Shown here: positions 27,571 through 35,603 of the stretch, one piece after another
Layout of the letters: every line of letters begins with the position of its first letter
How positions within the stretch are numbered: position 1 is the stretch's first letter
Origin: Dehalococcoidia bacterium
GTDB taxonomy: Bacteria > Chloroflexota > Dehalococcoidia > Lucifugimonadales > HRBIN23
DNA: 55,888 nt
Assembly (NCBI GenBank): GCA_046294495.1
Contig: JBKBKV010000005.1
Span: 1-55,888 of the forward strand
Direction: 5' to 3'
Notes under the pieces: model-generated
Seen by the model: the letters and a program-made list of their open reading frames with translations, nothing else
Databases searched by the model: none
Told to the model about the DNA's origin: nothing
Position numbers and translations under genes: made by a program

Positions 27571-27877
27571 GCTCCACCTCCTTAACCCCTGTGCCGCTGG
27601 AGAAGCCCTTCTGAGAGATTTGGGCGATGAACTCCCTTATCCACTTCTCCCCCCTGGCTCTGTAGAAGGAGTAAGGTCCGCCCGAGAGGGGGTTGCGGAA
27701 TATTTCCAGGATCTGCTGGTAGTTCAACCCCCGGCGTATGAACTCCTCCACCATACAGTGGGCTATTTCTTCCAGAATGTCTTCCAGCGGCTCAACGCAC
27801 AGGGGCTCAATATGGTATCCCAAGGGCTTCGCCTCTTTAGGCATACCATTGCCCTTCTGGCTCAGCCCGGTTCCCAT
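27557..27877 (-). CDS. Hypothetical soluble protein (no family recognised)
   Basis: First gene after the terminator. Start chosen at MGTGLSQ (AAGGTGGGGG upstream); an alternative start is at 27937. The product ends 14 nt inside the next gene. Confidence 0.4.
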   Translation of the reverse strand: MGTGLSQKGNGMPKEAKPLGYHIEPLCVEPLEDILEEIAHCMVEEFIRRGLNYQQILEIFRNPLSGGPYSFYRARGEKWIREFIAQISQKGFSSGTGVKEVEHEGR

Positions 27878-27951
27878 ATCTGCCCCCACCTTGCTGGTCC
27901 CCTTTTTCAGTGTGGAGGAGCACGGGCTGGGAGACATCTCCCATGAGAGGG

Positions 27952-27994
27952 GGTTCTATAATAAAAAGAGACGGGATTTTTTATCCCGTCTCTT
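27952..27994 (-). terminator. Intrinsic terminator after the response-regulator gene
   Basis: Perfect 12-bp stem AAGAGACGGGAT/ATCCCGTCTCTT with T5 loop. On the minus strand it is followed by TTTTATTAT. A second hairpin CCATCCCC/GGGGATGG lies at 28026-28047. Confidence 0.75.
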
Positions 27995-28076
27995 GCCCGA
28001 TTGCCGTGGCTCCCCTCAGGCTTTACCATCCCCTCCGAAGGGGGATGGACATCCCCTGCCATCGGGGTAGCGCCGG

Positions 28077-28733
28077 CTAATAAGGAGGCTTAAGGAACCC
28101 CAGGCGCGTGGCGTATTTCAACAGTTCACCCCGGCTCTGCAGGTTCAGTTTCTCCATGATATGCTCCCGATGGGTCTGGACGGTGTGAACGCTGATGCAC
28201 AGCCGCTCAGCGATCTCTCGGTTGGTATAGCCCTGGGCGATGAGGCGCAACACCTCTTTCTCCCGGTCGCTTAGCTTGGCGTATGTCTCCTTCTCCTCAC
28301 CCTTTCCCACTCGGCTCAGGTAGTCGGCCACCAGATAGCCGGCCACGGAAGGGTGAAGGAAGATCTCACCTTTGGTCACCGCTCGTAAGGCCGCCACCAG
28401 CTCGGCCGATTTGGCTCCTTTCACCACATAGCCAGCGGCCCCTGCCTCCAGGGCCCGAAAGAAATACTCGGCATCCCCGTGCATGGTCAGGATCAGCACC
28501 TTCGCTTGAGGGAGGGCCTTCAATATCTTGCGGGTTCCCTCCAGGCCGTTGCCTTCCATCCTGATGTCCATCACCACCACATCTGGGCGATTTTTCTGTG
28601 CCTCTTGGAGCGCCTCCTCCGCGTTCCCCGCCTCCCCAACCACCTCAAACTCGCCCTGCGCTTCTAGAAGCATGCGGAGCCCTTCACGGAACAAGGCGTG
28701 GTCATCCACTAACAGCACTCGGGCTTTGCCCAT
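28077..28733 (-). CDS. NarL/FixJ(LuxR)-family response regulator
   Basis: Receiver domain (VLLVDDH...VVVMDIRM...KVLILTMH) plus a C-terminal GerE HTH (LSDREKEVLRLIAQGYTNREIAERLCISVHTVQTHR). Confidence 0.85.
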   Translation of the reverse strand: MGKARVLLVDDHALFREGLRMLLEAQGEFEVVGEAGNAEEALQEAQKNRPDVVVMDIRMEGNGLEGTRKILKALPQAKVLILTMHGDAEYFFRALEAGAAGYVVKGAKSAELVAALRAVTKGEIFLHPSVAGYLVADYLSRVGKGEEKETYAKLSDREKEVLRLIAQGYTNREIAERLCISVHTVQTHREHIMEKLNLQSRGELLKYATRLGFLKPPY

Positions 28734-29841
28734 CCATGGCCTCCTCAAGAAGCGGAAGCTCCACCTTCACCTTCGTCCCCCTGCCCGGCGTAGAGACCAA
28801 CTCCAGATGAGCACCGATGATCTCGGCCCGCTCTCGCATACCTTCCAGCCCCAGCCCCCGTTTCATCCGCTGGACCTCTTGGAGATCAAAGCCGCGGCCG
28901 TCGTCCTCCACTATGGCCGTCAGACGGTCGTCCTGGAAATGGATCTGCACCCTGGCGTGTTGCGCCGCTGCGTGGCGAGCGATATTGTTTATCGCTTCCT
29001 GCAACATGCGGAACAAGCCCACTTCCACGGCTTCAGGGAGCCTCCTGGCCTCCCCTTGCACCTCAAAATCCAAACTGACCCCCAATGGTGCCAGACAGGC
29101 CCGGGCGTAGGAGTATAGGCCAGACACCAAACCCAGATAGTCCAGAGCCGCCGGCCTCAGGCCCAGGATGATCCGTCGCAACTCCTCCAGTGCCCGGCTC
29201 CCCTGAAGGATGGACCGCTCTATATGCTGACGCACTCGCTCCTGGCCTGGGAGCAGGGAATCCCGGAGGGCTTCTATCCCCATCAGGAGGTTGGCCAGGG
29301 CCGGGGCGGTATCGTCATGGAGCTCCTGAGCCAGACGCCGCCGTTCCTCCTCCTGGGCGTGGATGACCTGCTTCACAAGACGCTGGACCTCCAGAGTCCG
29401 TTCCCGCACCCGCTTCTCCAGTTCCTGCTCCCACCAAGCCCGCGCCTCACTGGCCGCTTTAAGCTGTGAGCACATAGCGTTAAAGCTTTGAGCCAGCCGC
29501 CCGATCTCGTCCCGCCTTGCCGTAGTGACGGGCGGCTCATCCAGCACGCCCCGGGCGATACGGGCCGCGGCTTTCTCCAACTCTCCCAGGGGACGGAGAA
29601 TGTAGCGGGCGTGCAGCCAGGCGCTGGCCGACGCCACCGCCAGAACCCCAAGCCCGAAGAGAGGCACGATGCTTAGCAGCCGGGAAAGGGGCCAGCCGTT
29701 TCGTAAGGCATAGGCCGTGATCAGGCCAAAAACCACCGTTGCGAACACAACACCTGCCACCACCCCAAGAACCACCTGGTAGCACACGCTCAGGTCCCGG
29801 TACAAGGTAAGCGCTCGTCTCAAAACCCCGCCTCCCTGCAT
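28702..29841 (-). CDS. Sensor histidine kinase, NarX/LiaS type (2 TM + HAMP + HisKA_3 + HATPase_c)
   Basis: HAMP-like DEIGRLAQSFNAM, H-box RRLAQELHDDTAPAL, N/G boxes (NNIARHA, EDDGRGF, GLGLEGMRERA). Start at MQGGG with GGGAGGGGAG upstream. Confidence 0.8.
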   Translation of the reverse strand: MQGGGVLRRALTLYRDLSVCYQVVLGVVAGVVFATVVFGLITAYALRNGWPLSRLLSIVPLFGLGVLAVASASAWLHARYILRPLGELEKAAARIARGVLDEPPVTTARRDEIGRLAQSFNAMCSQLKAASEARAWWEQELEKRVRERTLEVQRLVKQVIHAQEEERRRLAQELHDDTAPALANLLMGIEALRDSLLPGQERVRQHIERSILQGSRALEELRRIILGLRPAALDYLGLVSGLYSYARACLAPLGVSLDFEVQGEARRLPEAVEVGLFRMLQEAINNIARHAAAQHARVQIHFQDDRLTAIVEDDGRGFDLQEVQRMKRGLGLEGMRERAEIIGAHLELVSTPGRGTKVKVELPLLEEAMDGQSPSAVSG

Positions 29842-29920
29842 CTCCCCTCCCTTTCCCTGGCAGGAGTATCCTACCCTTCCGCTCTGCCACCCCGCATTGG
29901 GGCCGAGGGGCAACCTCCAC

Positions 29921-30127
29921 TCACCGCTCGGGAAACAGTTCGTAAACCACGGCCGAGAGGAAGGTGAGCATTACCCCCAGCACAAACAACCCCGCCGCAA
30001 AGGGCACCCGGGGGTTGCTGAAGCCCTCATGGACAGGCTGTCCGAGGGGTGCCGCCAGGAAGAAGTAACTTACCACCGCCAGGACCACCCCCGCCACCAG
30101 CGTCAGGACGGTCAGGGCAATACGCAT
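29921..30127 (-). CDS. Small two-helix membrane protein (68 aa), translationally linked to NrfD paralog 1
   Basis: MRIALTVLTLVAGVVLAVVSYFFLAA...AAGLFVLGVMLTFLSAVVYELF. GGGAGGTG lies 5 nt before the ATG, which is 12 nt after the upstream stop. Confidence 0.55.
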   Translation of the reverse strand: MRIALTVLTLVAGVVLAVVSYFFLAAPLGQPVHEGFSNPRVPFAAGLFVLGVMLTFLSAVVYELFPER

Positions 30128-30139
30128 GCCACACCTCCC

Positions 30140-31486
30140 TCATTGCTTCTCCGACCGCCTCTGCAACTCCGCCCTCACCGGTGCTTCCACCGGCACCTCC
30201 CTATGCACAACTTCCATAATGGGGAAGACCTTCATGAAGAGGGTGTAGAGGAGACCCCCCAGGGCGAAGAGACCCAGGATAATACTGTATTCCACCCAGG
30301 TGGGTGCGTAAGCGCCCTCACCGTAGGGGAGCAGGTTCCCCATCGTCAGAGAGGGCGCTACGATAAGGAAGCGCTTGCCGATAGCCGCTATGTTCACCAA
30401 CACCCCTGTCAGCACGATCAACGGCAGGTAGTGACGCCGGGTGAGGGCCTGTGCAAGCCCCATGAGAGCGGAGACGAACAGAAGCCCCCCTGAAAGCCAG
30501 AAGAGCCACGCATACCTGCCGGTAAGTAGCGCCTGGGTCAGGCGTGCCTCGTGGTGGTGCCCAGCATAGCCCGCCGTCAGCATTTCCGCCAGAAGGAAGT
30601 AGAGGTAGATCAAGGCGAGCACCGTCATGAAGTTGCTGAGCCAGACAAAGACCCGCAGGTTCAACTGCTCCCGCTCCCCCAGCACCTGCCTGAGTAGGGC
30701 CGCGATGACGATGAGGAGCCCCGTCCCAGATACCCCAGCCAGCATTACAAAGCCAGGGGCCTGGAGGGCGCTATACCACCCGGGGCGTCCCAACTGGATG
30801 CCAAAGACGAAGCCTAGGGTGGAGTGGGCCGTTACCAGCAAAGGCAGGATGGCCAAGGCTAGCCAGAAACTGGTCTGGTCGTGCCGTTTCCGTTCCTCGG
30901 GGGTGTCCCGGTAGCCCGCCGCCCACAGCCGGTAAAACCCCCTAAAGGGGGTGTCCTTTTGGGCCATCAGATAGGCGTCCCGACGCCCCGCCAGGTAGAA
31001 ATAGACCAGGCTGGCGAACAGGTAGCCGGAGATGACCAGGGTGAAGGTGCCGAAGAAGGGGGACATGGGCCGGGCGTAGCGGGGGAGGTTGATAAGGGCC
31101 CGAAAGGGCTGCCCCACATCTGCCAAGACGCTGAAGGCACCAAGTATGAGTGTTATCACCGTCAATAACTCGGCCGTGCGGGAGACGGGCCGCAGATAGG
31201 AGAGGTTCATAACCCGCACCAGGGCCGCCACGGTGATGCCCGCGAAACTCACCCCTACGAAATAGACCACGAAGGCGATATATAGCCCCCACGGGGCACC
31301 GCCCATAGTGCCCACATCCCGCATCCCCGTAACGATCTCCCCTTCCATAAGTTGACGAGAGTAGGCGTAAGCCCCCAGTCCCACCAGGGCCAGGAGGCCC
31401 AGCGTCGCCATAAACCACACTGCGCCCAACCGCCCTATGCCATAAGGGAGCCTTTCAAGCCGTGGAGCCTCGACCTTTTCCACCAT
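30140..31486 (-). CDS. NrfD/PsrC-family integral membrane quinone-interacting subunit (paralog 1)
   Basis: About 10 predicted helices. Start at MVEKVEAPRLERLPYG, 2 nt after the FeS-subunit stop, with GGGAGGGTG upstream. Confidence 0.85.
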   Translation of the reverse strand: MVEKVEAPRLERLPYGIGRLGAVWFMATLGLLALVGLGAYAYSRQLMEGEIVTGMRDVGTMGGAPWGLYIAFVVYFVGVSFAGITVAALVRVMNLSYLRPVSRTAELLTVITLILGAFSVLADVGQPFRALINLPRYARPMSPFFGTFTLVISGYLFASLVYFYLAGRRDAYLMAQKDTPFRGFYRLWAAGYRDTPEERKRHDQTSFWLALAILPLLVTAHSTLGFVFGIQLGRPGWYSALQAPGFVMLAGVSGTGLLIVIAALLRQVLGEREQLNLRVFVWLSNFMTVLALIYLYFLLAEMLTAGYAGHHHEARLTQALLTGRYAWLFWLSGGLLFVSALMGLAQALTRRHYLPLIVLTGVLVNIAAIGKRFLIVAPSLTMGNLLPYGEGAYAPTWVEYSIILGLFALGGLLYTLFMKVFPIMEVVHREVPVEAPVRAELQRRSEKQ

Positions 31487-31488
31487 GC

Positions 31489-32226
31489 TTACACCCTCCC
31501 TTTCACTTTCTCCATCTGCCGAACCGCAGTGCCGGGTGGCTGCCCTATGTAGTAAACCCGGGGCTGGGTATTCCACTCCTCCAGCAGGCGGAAGTGGGGC
31601 TTGCGCTTCAGAATGCGTGAGACAATACTGTTGGGGTCATCCAGGTCGCCGAAGTGGAGGGCGAAGGCAGGGCAATTGGCCACGCAGGCGGGCTGAAGCC
31701 CCTTCTCCACCCGCTGGACGCAGAAGGTGCACTTCTCGATCACGCCCTTTATATGGCCCCCCCCAGCGATGCGCCGCCTCTCAGGGCCGTAAGAGGCGGC
31801 CAGGTCGGGGTTCTTGTAGGGCGGGGTAGTGCCATTGGTTCGGGAGGCCAGGGCCTTGTCTTCCTTCCAGTCCAGGTAGTAGTTCTTCTTGGGTGCCTTC
31901 CAGTTGAAGTAGTTGACACCGTAAGGGCAGGCCACCTGGCAGTATCTGCACCCGATGCACCTCTCCCAGTCGGTGGCCACCAGCCCGTCCTCCCGTTTGT
32001 AGCGTGCCCCCACAGGACACACCTTCACGCAGGGGGGATTGTCGCAGTGCTGGCAAGGGCGAGGCAAGAACCAAACGCGGGTGTTGGGATATTGGCCCTC
32101 CTCAAAACGGAAGACATACATCCAGAAGACGGCCTGGGGGGTGTTGTTCTCCACTTTGCAGGCCTCCATGCAGGCCCGACACCCCATGCACCGCTCCAGG
32201 TCTATGACCATGCCGTATTTGGCCAT
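31489..32226 (-). CDS. Four-cluster [4Fe-4S] electron-transfer subunit (PsrB/NrfC/DmsB type)
   Basis: CMGCRACMEAC, CQHCDNPPCVKVCP, CIGCRYCQVACP, CTFC...CVANCP. No own signal peptide, as expected for a Tat hitch-hiker. Confidence 0.9.
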   Translation of the reverse strand: MAKYGMVIDLERCMGCRACMEACKVENNTPQAVFWMYVFRFEEGQYPNTRVWFLPRPCQHCDNPPCVKVCPVGARYKREDGLVATDWERCIGCRYCQVACPYGVNYFNWKAPKKNYYLDWKEDKALASRTNGTTPPYKNPDLAASYGPERRRIAGGGHIKGVIEKCTFCVQRVEKGLQPACVANCPAFALHFGDLDDPNSIVSRILKRKPHFRLLEEWNTQPRVYYIGQPPGTAVRQMEKVKGRV

Positions 32227-32240
32227 ATTGCCCCCCTTTA

Positions 32241-33035
32241 CTACTGTGCCTCAATGGGGATAGCCACGATGTCCGCATCAACACCTATGCCCAGGGTCAC
32301 GGGGAAAGAAACATGGTGCCGTCGGTTAGAGACCATGTCCTCAAAAACAGCGACCCCGATGGTATACGCCCGGCCTGGCTCAAAGGCGACATCGTCAGGA
32401 TTGCCGGTATTAAGTTTGCGGCGCATTTCCAAGACCCATTTCCCGTTCTCCCACCGACTGTTAGCCAGGATATCCCCTCGGCTTCCATCAGGCGTCCGCA
32501 ACACCCTGCGGGAGATGATGTCGCCAACCTGGAACTGGACAGAGGGATCAAAGGGCGCGGTTGTGACGCCCTCAATAAGGGGCGATTTGGTCAGGAGTTC
32601 TTCCAGGCGCCCTTCAGAGATAGCCTGAAAGCCAACTTTAGTCTTGTCATACATGTAGGTGGGCTTGCCTTCCTTCAGAACATTCTCCGAGAACATGCTC
32701 TTGCCCTTGTCGCTGTTGCGGTATTCCAGAACATAGAAGTCGTCGGCGTAGCCGATAGGCCCAGAGCGGGCCCCCCGCCACATTAACAAATCCAGGAACT
32801 GCTTGTCCTGAAAGAGTCGCTGGATCTCCTCCTTGGATTTACCCTTATTCCAACCTCCCGCAAGGTAAAGAGGCGTGGGGACTCCCAGGCTGTATACTGG
32901 GGCTCCTGAGGCTTGGAGGCCTGGATACTGACCGTCCCTAAGTAGTCCCCCACCGCCACCAGCACTGCAAAGACAATGGCGCCCCCCTACAAGAAGACGT
33001 TTACCAGGCCGGGCAAGGAAGTCTTTCATGGTCAT
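32241..33035 (-). CDS. Ethylbenzene-dehydrogenase-gamma-like (EB_dh / cytochrome c552-DMSO-reductase-like haem-binding domain) protein
   Basis: The C-terminal block ANSRWENGKWVLEMRRKLNTGNPDDVAFEPGRAYTIGVAVFED...RRHHVS parallels the type II DMSO-reductase gamma-subunit pattern (HRNGEWNV..R....D......AFAVW...R). The N-terminus as written lacks a signal peptide (see findings). Confidence 0.6.
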   Translation of the reverse strand: MTMKDFLARPGKRLLVGGRHCLCSAGGGGGLLRDGQYPGLQASGAPVYSLGVPTPLYLAGGWNKGKSKEEIQRLFQDKQFLDLLMWRGARSGPIGYADDFYVLEYRNSDKGKSMFSENVLKEGKPTYMYDKTKVGFQAISEGRLEELLTKSPLIEGVTTAPFDPSVQFQVGDIISRRVLRTPDGSRGDILANSRWENGKWVLEMRRKLNTGNPDDVAFEPGRAYTIGVAVFEDMVSNRRHHVSFPVTLGIGVDADIVAIPIEAQ

Positions 33036-33041
33036 CCTCTA

Positions 33042-35603
33042 CTACTTATACACCCGCACCTTGACATGGAAGGTGTTGTCGGCAGTGTTGGCTACATACC
33101 CTTCGCCGGTGAAGAACAGGGTGTTGGGGGTAGGCCCTTGCCCTTTGGTCCAGGGGTGGCGGGCTACCTCTCCATAGTGGTGAGGCATGCCCACCACATC
33201 CGGGCGGATGGCCTCGGTCAACGCCACTTTCACTTTCACCCGGCGCGTCTCGCCTGTTACGGCATTGTGGGACTCCACGATGACCTCATCCCCCTCTTTT
33301 ATGCCCCTCTCCCGCGCCGTTGCAGGGTTCATCACCAGCCTCTGCTCCTGGGCCAGTTCCGCCACCAAAGGTATCTGAGAGGCCCTGCTCTGCTTGAACT
33401 CTATCTTCTTAAAGGAGATAAGGGTGAGGTCATACTGGGGCGGGGACTTCCACATGGTCGGTTCCCGCCAGGTGGGGAAGGGGGTATAGTCCCGCCAGTA
33501 GACCTCCTCAGCACCCTTGGCCCGCATCTCCCTCTGGTAGCGCAAGAGGGACTCCCCGTATAGGCGGTGGCGTTCGGCGCCTTTGAAGCCCTGGGCATAG
33601 CCGTAAAAGGTCTTGGGAGCGACAGGGCCCCGCACCCAGACGCCATTCCTCTCAAAGTAGGCTATCCCCTCTGCCAGCCCCTGGGACTTGGCCCAGCGGT
33701 CGGCGATCTCCCTCACCGTGGGCTTGGTGTTGATGTCCAGTTTGTGGGGGTCTTTGAGGCCCAGTTGGGCATTGAGGCGGTCCAGGAAGCCGTCTTTACC
33801 GTAGAGGATGCCCAGCCTCTCGCACAGGTCCAGGTATATGTCAATCTCCCCACGGCTCTGGAATATCGGCTCCGTCACCGGCAGGCGGAAAGTGGTGGCG
33901 GCCACATACTGGTCAGTGGCTCCTATGGGCCCCTCGTATTTTTCCAGGGTAGAGGCGGGAAGAACTACATCAGCAAAGAGGTCGGCGGTGCGGGAGAGCC
34001 ATGGGTCAATGGCCACCACAAACTTGAACTTCTTATACGCCTCCATAAAGGTAGCCTGGTCCGTGAAGGAGGCCAGGGGGTTGACCATGTGCAGGATAAC
34101 CACCTCCGGGACCTTGTTGACCTGGTATTTCTCAGGGTTGAGCATGACCTTGGCTATCATGCCGGGGTTGACGGAAATAATGGGGAAGAACTTGCTGTCT
34201 TTGAGGGTGTAGTCGTAGGGGGGGTCTTTAATCTTCACTGAGTCTAGGGACTTGTAGTTGCCGTGCACCTTCCATGTCCAGTCAATGCGAACACCCCCCA
34301 CCGCCTCCACGGCCCCCAGAAGCATAAAGACCATATACATAGCACGGTAGAACTGAAAGCCCAGTTCCTGCTGGGACACGTGGTAAGCCATGAGGGAGAC
34401 GGGTCGGTAGGGGAGCGTAACCCCCTCCAGGACAATAGTGCTGCCGATCATAGCGTTCTGGCCCAGTTCACGAGCCACCCGTCTAATGTCCTCGGCGGGG
34501 ATGCCGCAGACCCCAGCAGCCCATTCGGGGGTATACCGCTCCACATGCTCCTTGAACAGTTGGAAGGCTGGCTTGACCCTTACCCCACCCACCTCAAACT
34601 CCCCTTCTAATGCTGGAGAGACATCCCTTGCATCAAAGGGCCTGGCGCTCTTGGTCTTCTCGTCCCATACCTGCTCCTTCCCTTCTATGCGCAGGAAGAA
34701 GCCGTCCTCCTGCACCAGGAAGGGAGCATTGGTATACTTGGCGAGGTAATCCAGGTCAACGGTGCCCTGAGCGATGAGCGCATTGCACAGGGCTAGGGCC
34801 AGGGCCAGGTCGGTGCCCGGCTTGATGGGGAGCCACTGGTCGGCGAAGGGGCCGGCGTTGCGCAGGTATGGGTCTATCACCACCACCTTCATCCCCCGCT
34901 CCCGCGCATCCAGAAACTGCTGGTTCCAGGTGATCCAGCACAACTTGTTGCCCCCTGCGTTGGTGATGTTCCACCCCCAGGCCAAGAGGTAGCGGGTGTA
35001 GCGAAAGTCGGGGTGGGCATTGCCGTGGAGGCCGATGGTGTATTCGGCTGCGCGGTAGCCGGCGTCGGAGCAGTAGGAGCCATGCCCCACCTTGGTTGCC
35101 CCCAGGGCACCAACAAAGGCGTTGTCGTAGATAGGCTCCTGTTTACTGCGCCCCTTCTGCCATAAGATTAGCTTGGGGTCTTTGGCCCGCACCTCCTTGA
35201 TCTTGGCCGCCACCAGTTCCAGGGCCTCGTCCCAGGTGGCTGGGCGGAAGCGCCCGGGGACACCCTTCTCGTTGGTGCGGATGAGGGGGGTCTGCACGCG
35301 GTTGGGGTCGTAGAGAGCCATAATCTGGGCTACCCCTTTAGGGCAGAGGGTGCCACGGTTGCGGGGGTGGTTCGGATGCCCCTCCAGTTTCACCACCAGG
35401 CCGTTCACCTTACGGGCCAAAATGCCACAGTCCTGTTTGCCTATCCAGCAGGTGGTGGGAACCCATTCTTCGCTGGCTGGGAGTGGTTTGGAATTGCCCC
35501 CTGCCGCCAGCGTCTCCAGCCCCTGGGACAGGAAACGAGAGAGGAGCAGAGAACCACCGACCGCTGCGCTACCCTTTAGGAAAGTCCGTCGCGTTACTTT
35601 CAC
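33042..35603 (-). CDS. Tat-exported molybdopterin (bis-MGD) oxidoreductase catalytic subunit, Psr/Phs/Ttr-like
   Basis: A GTG start with AAGGAGG 7 nt upstream gives (M)KVTRRTFLKGSAAVGG, a twin-arginine signal. It has an FS0-like Cys region, LCPKG and the candidate Mo-ligand region GHGSYCSDAGY. It is MopB-like along the full length, and an ADC-barrel-like C-terminus (VVGMPHHYG) is present. Confidence 0.85.
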   Translation of the reverse strand: MKVTRRTFLKGSAAVGGSLLLSRFLSQGLETLAAGGNSKPLPASEEWVPTTCWIGKQDCGILARKVNGLVVKLEGHPNHPRNRGTLCPKGVAQIMALYDPNRVQTPLIRTNEKGVPGRFRPATWDEALELVAAKIKEVRAKDPKLILWQKGRSKQEPIYDNAFVGALGATKVGHGSYCSDAGYRAAEYTIGLHGNAHPDFRYTRYLLAWGWNITNAGGNKLCWITWNQQFLDARERGMKVVVIDPYLRNAGPFADQWLPIKPGTDLALALALCNALIAQGTVDLDYLAKYTNAPFLVQEDGFFLRIEGKEQVWDEKTKSARPFDARDVSPALEGEFEVGGVRVKPAFQLFKEHVERYTPEWAAGVCGIPAEDIRRVARELGQNAMIGSTIVLEGVTLPYRPVSLMAYHVSQQELGFQFYRAMYMVFMLLGAVEAVGGVRIDWTWKVHGNYKSLDSVKIKDPPYDYTLKDSKFFPIISVNPGMIAKVMLNPEKYQVNKVPEVVILHMVNPLASFTDQATFMEAYKKFKFVVAIDPWLSRTADLFADVVLPASTLEKYEGPIGATDQYVAATTFRLPVTEPIFQSRGEIDIYLDLCERLGILYGKDGFLDRLNAQLGLKDPHKLDINTKPTVREIADRWAKSQGLAEGIAYFERNGVWVRGPVAPKTFYGYAQGFKGAERHRLYGESLLRYQREMRAKGAEEVYWRDYTPFPTWREPTMWKSPPQYDLTLISFKKIEFKQSRASQIPLVAELAQEQRLVMNPATARERGIKEGDEVIVESHNAVTGETRRVKVKVALTEAIRPDVVGMPHHYGEVARHPWTKGQGPTPNTLFFTGEGYVANTADNTFHVKVRVYK

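Noticed and set aside
31654-32628. 324-aa plus-strand ORF spanning the FeS and EB_dh-like genes
   Set aside because: Antisense to two well-supported genes, and it crosses their junction. No motifs.
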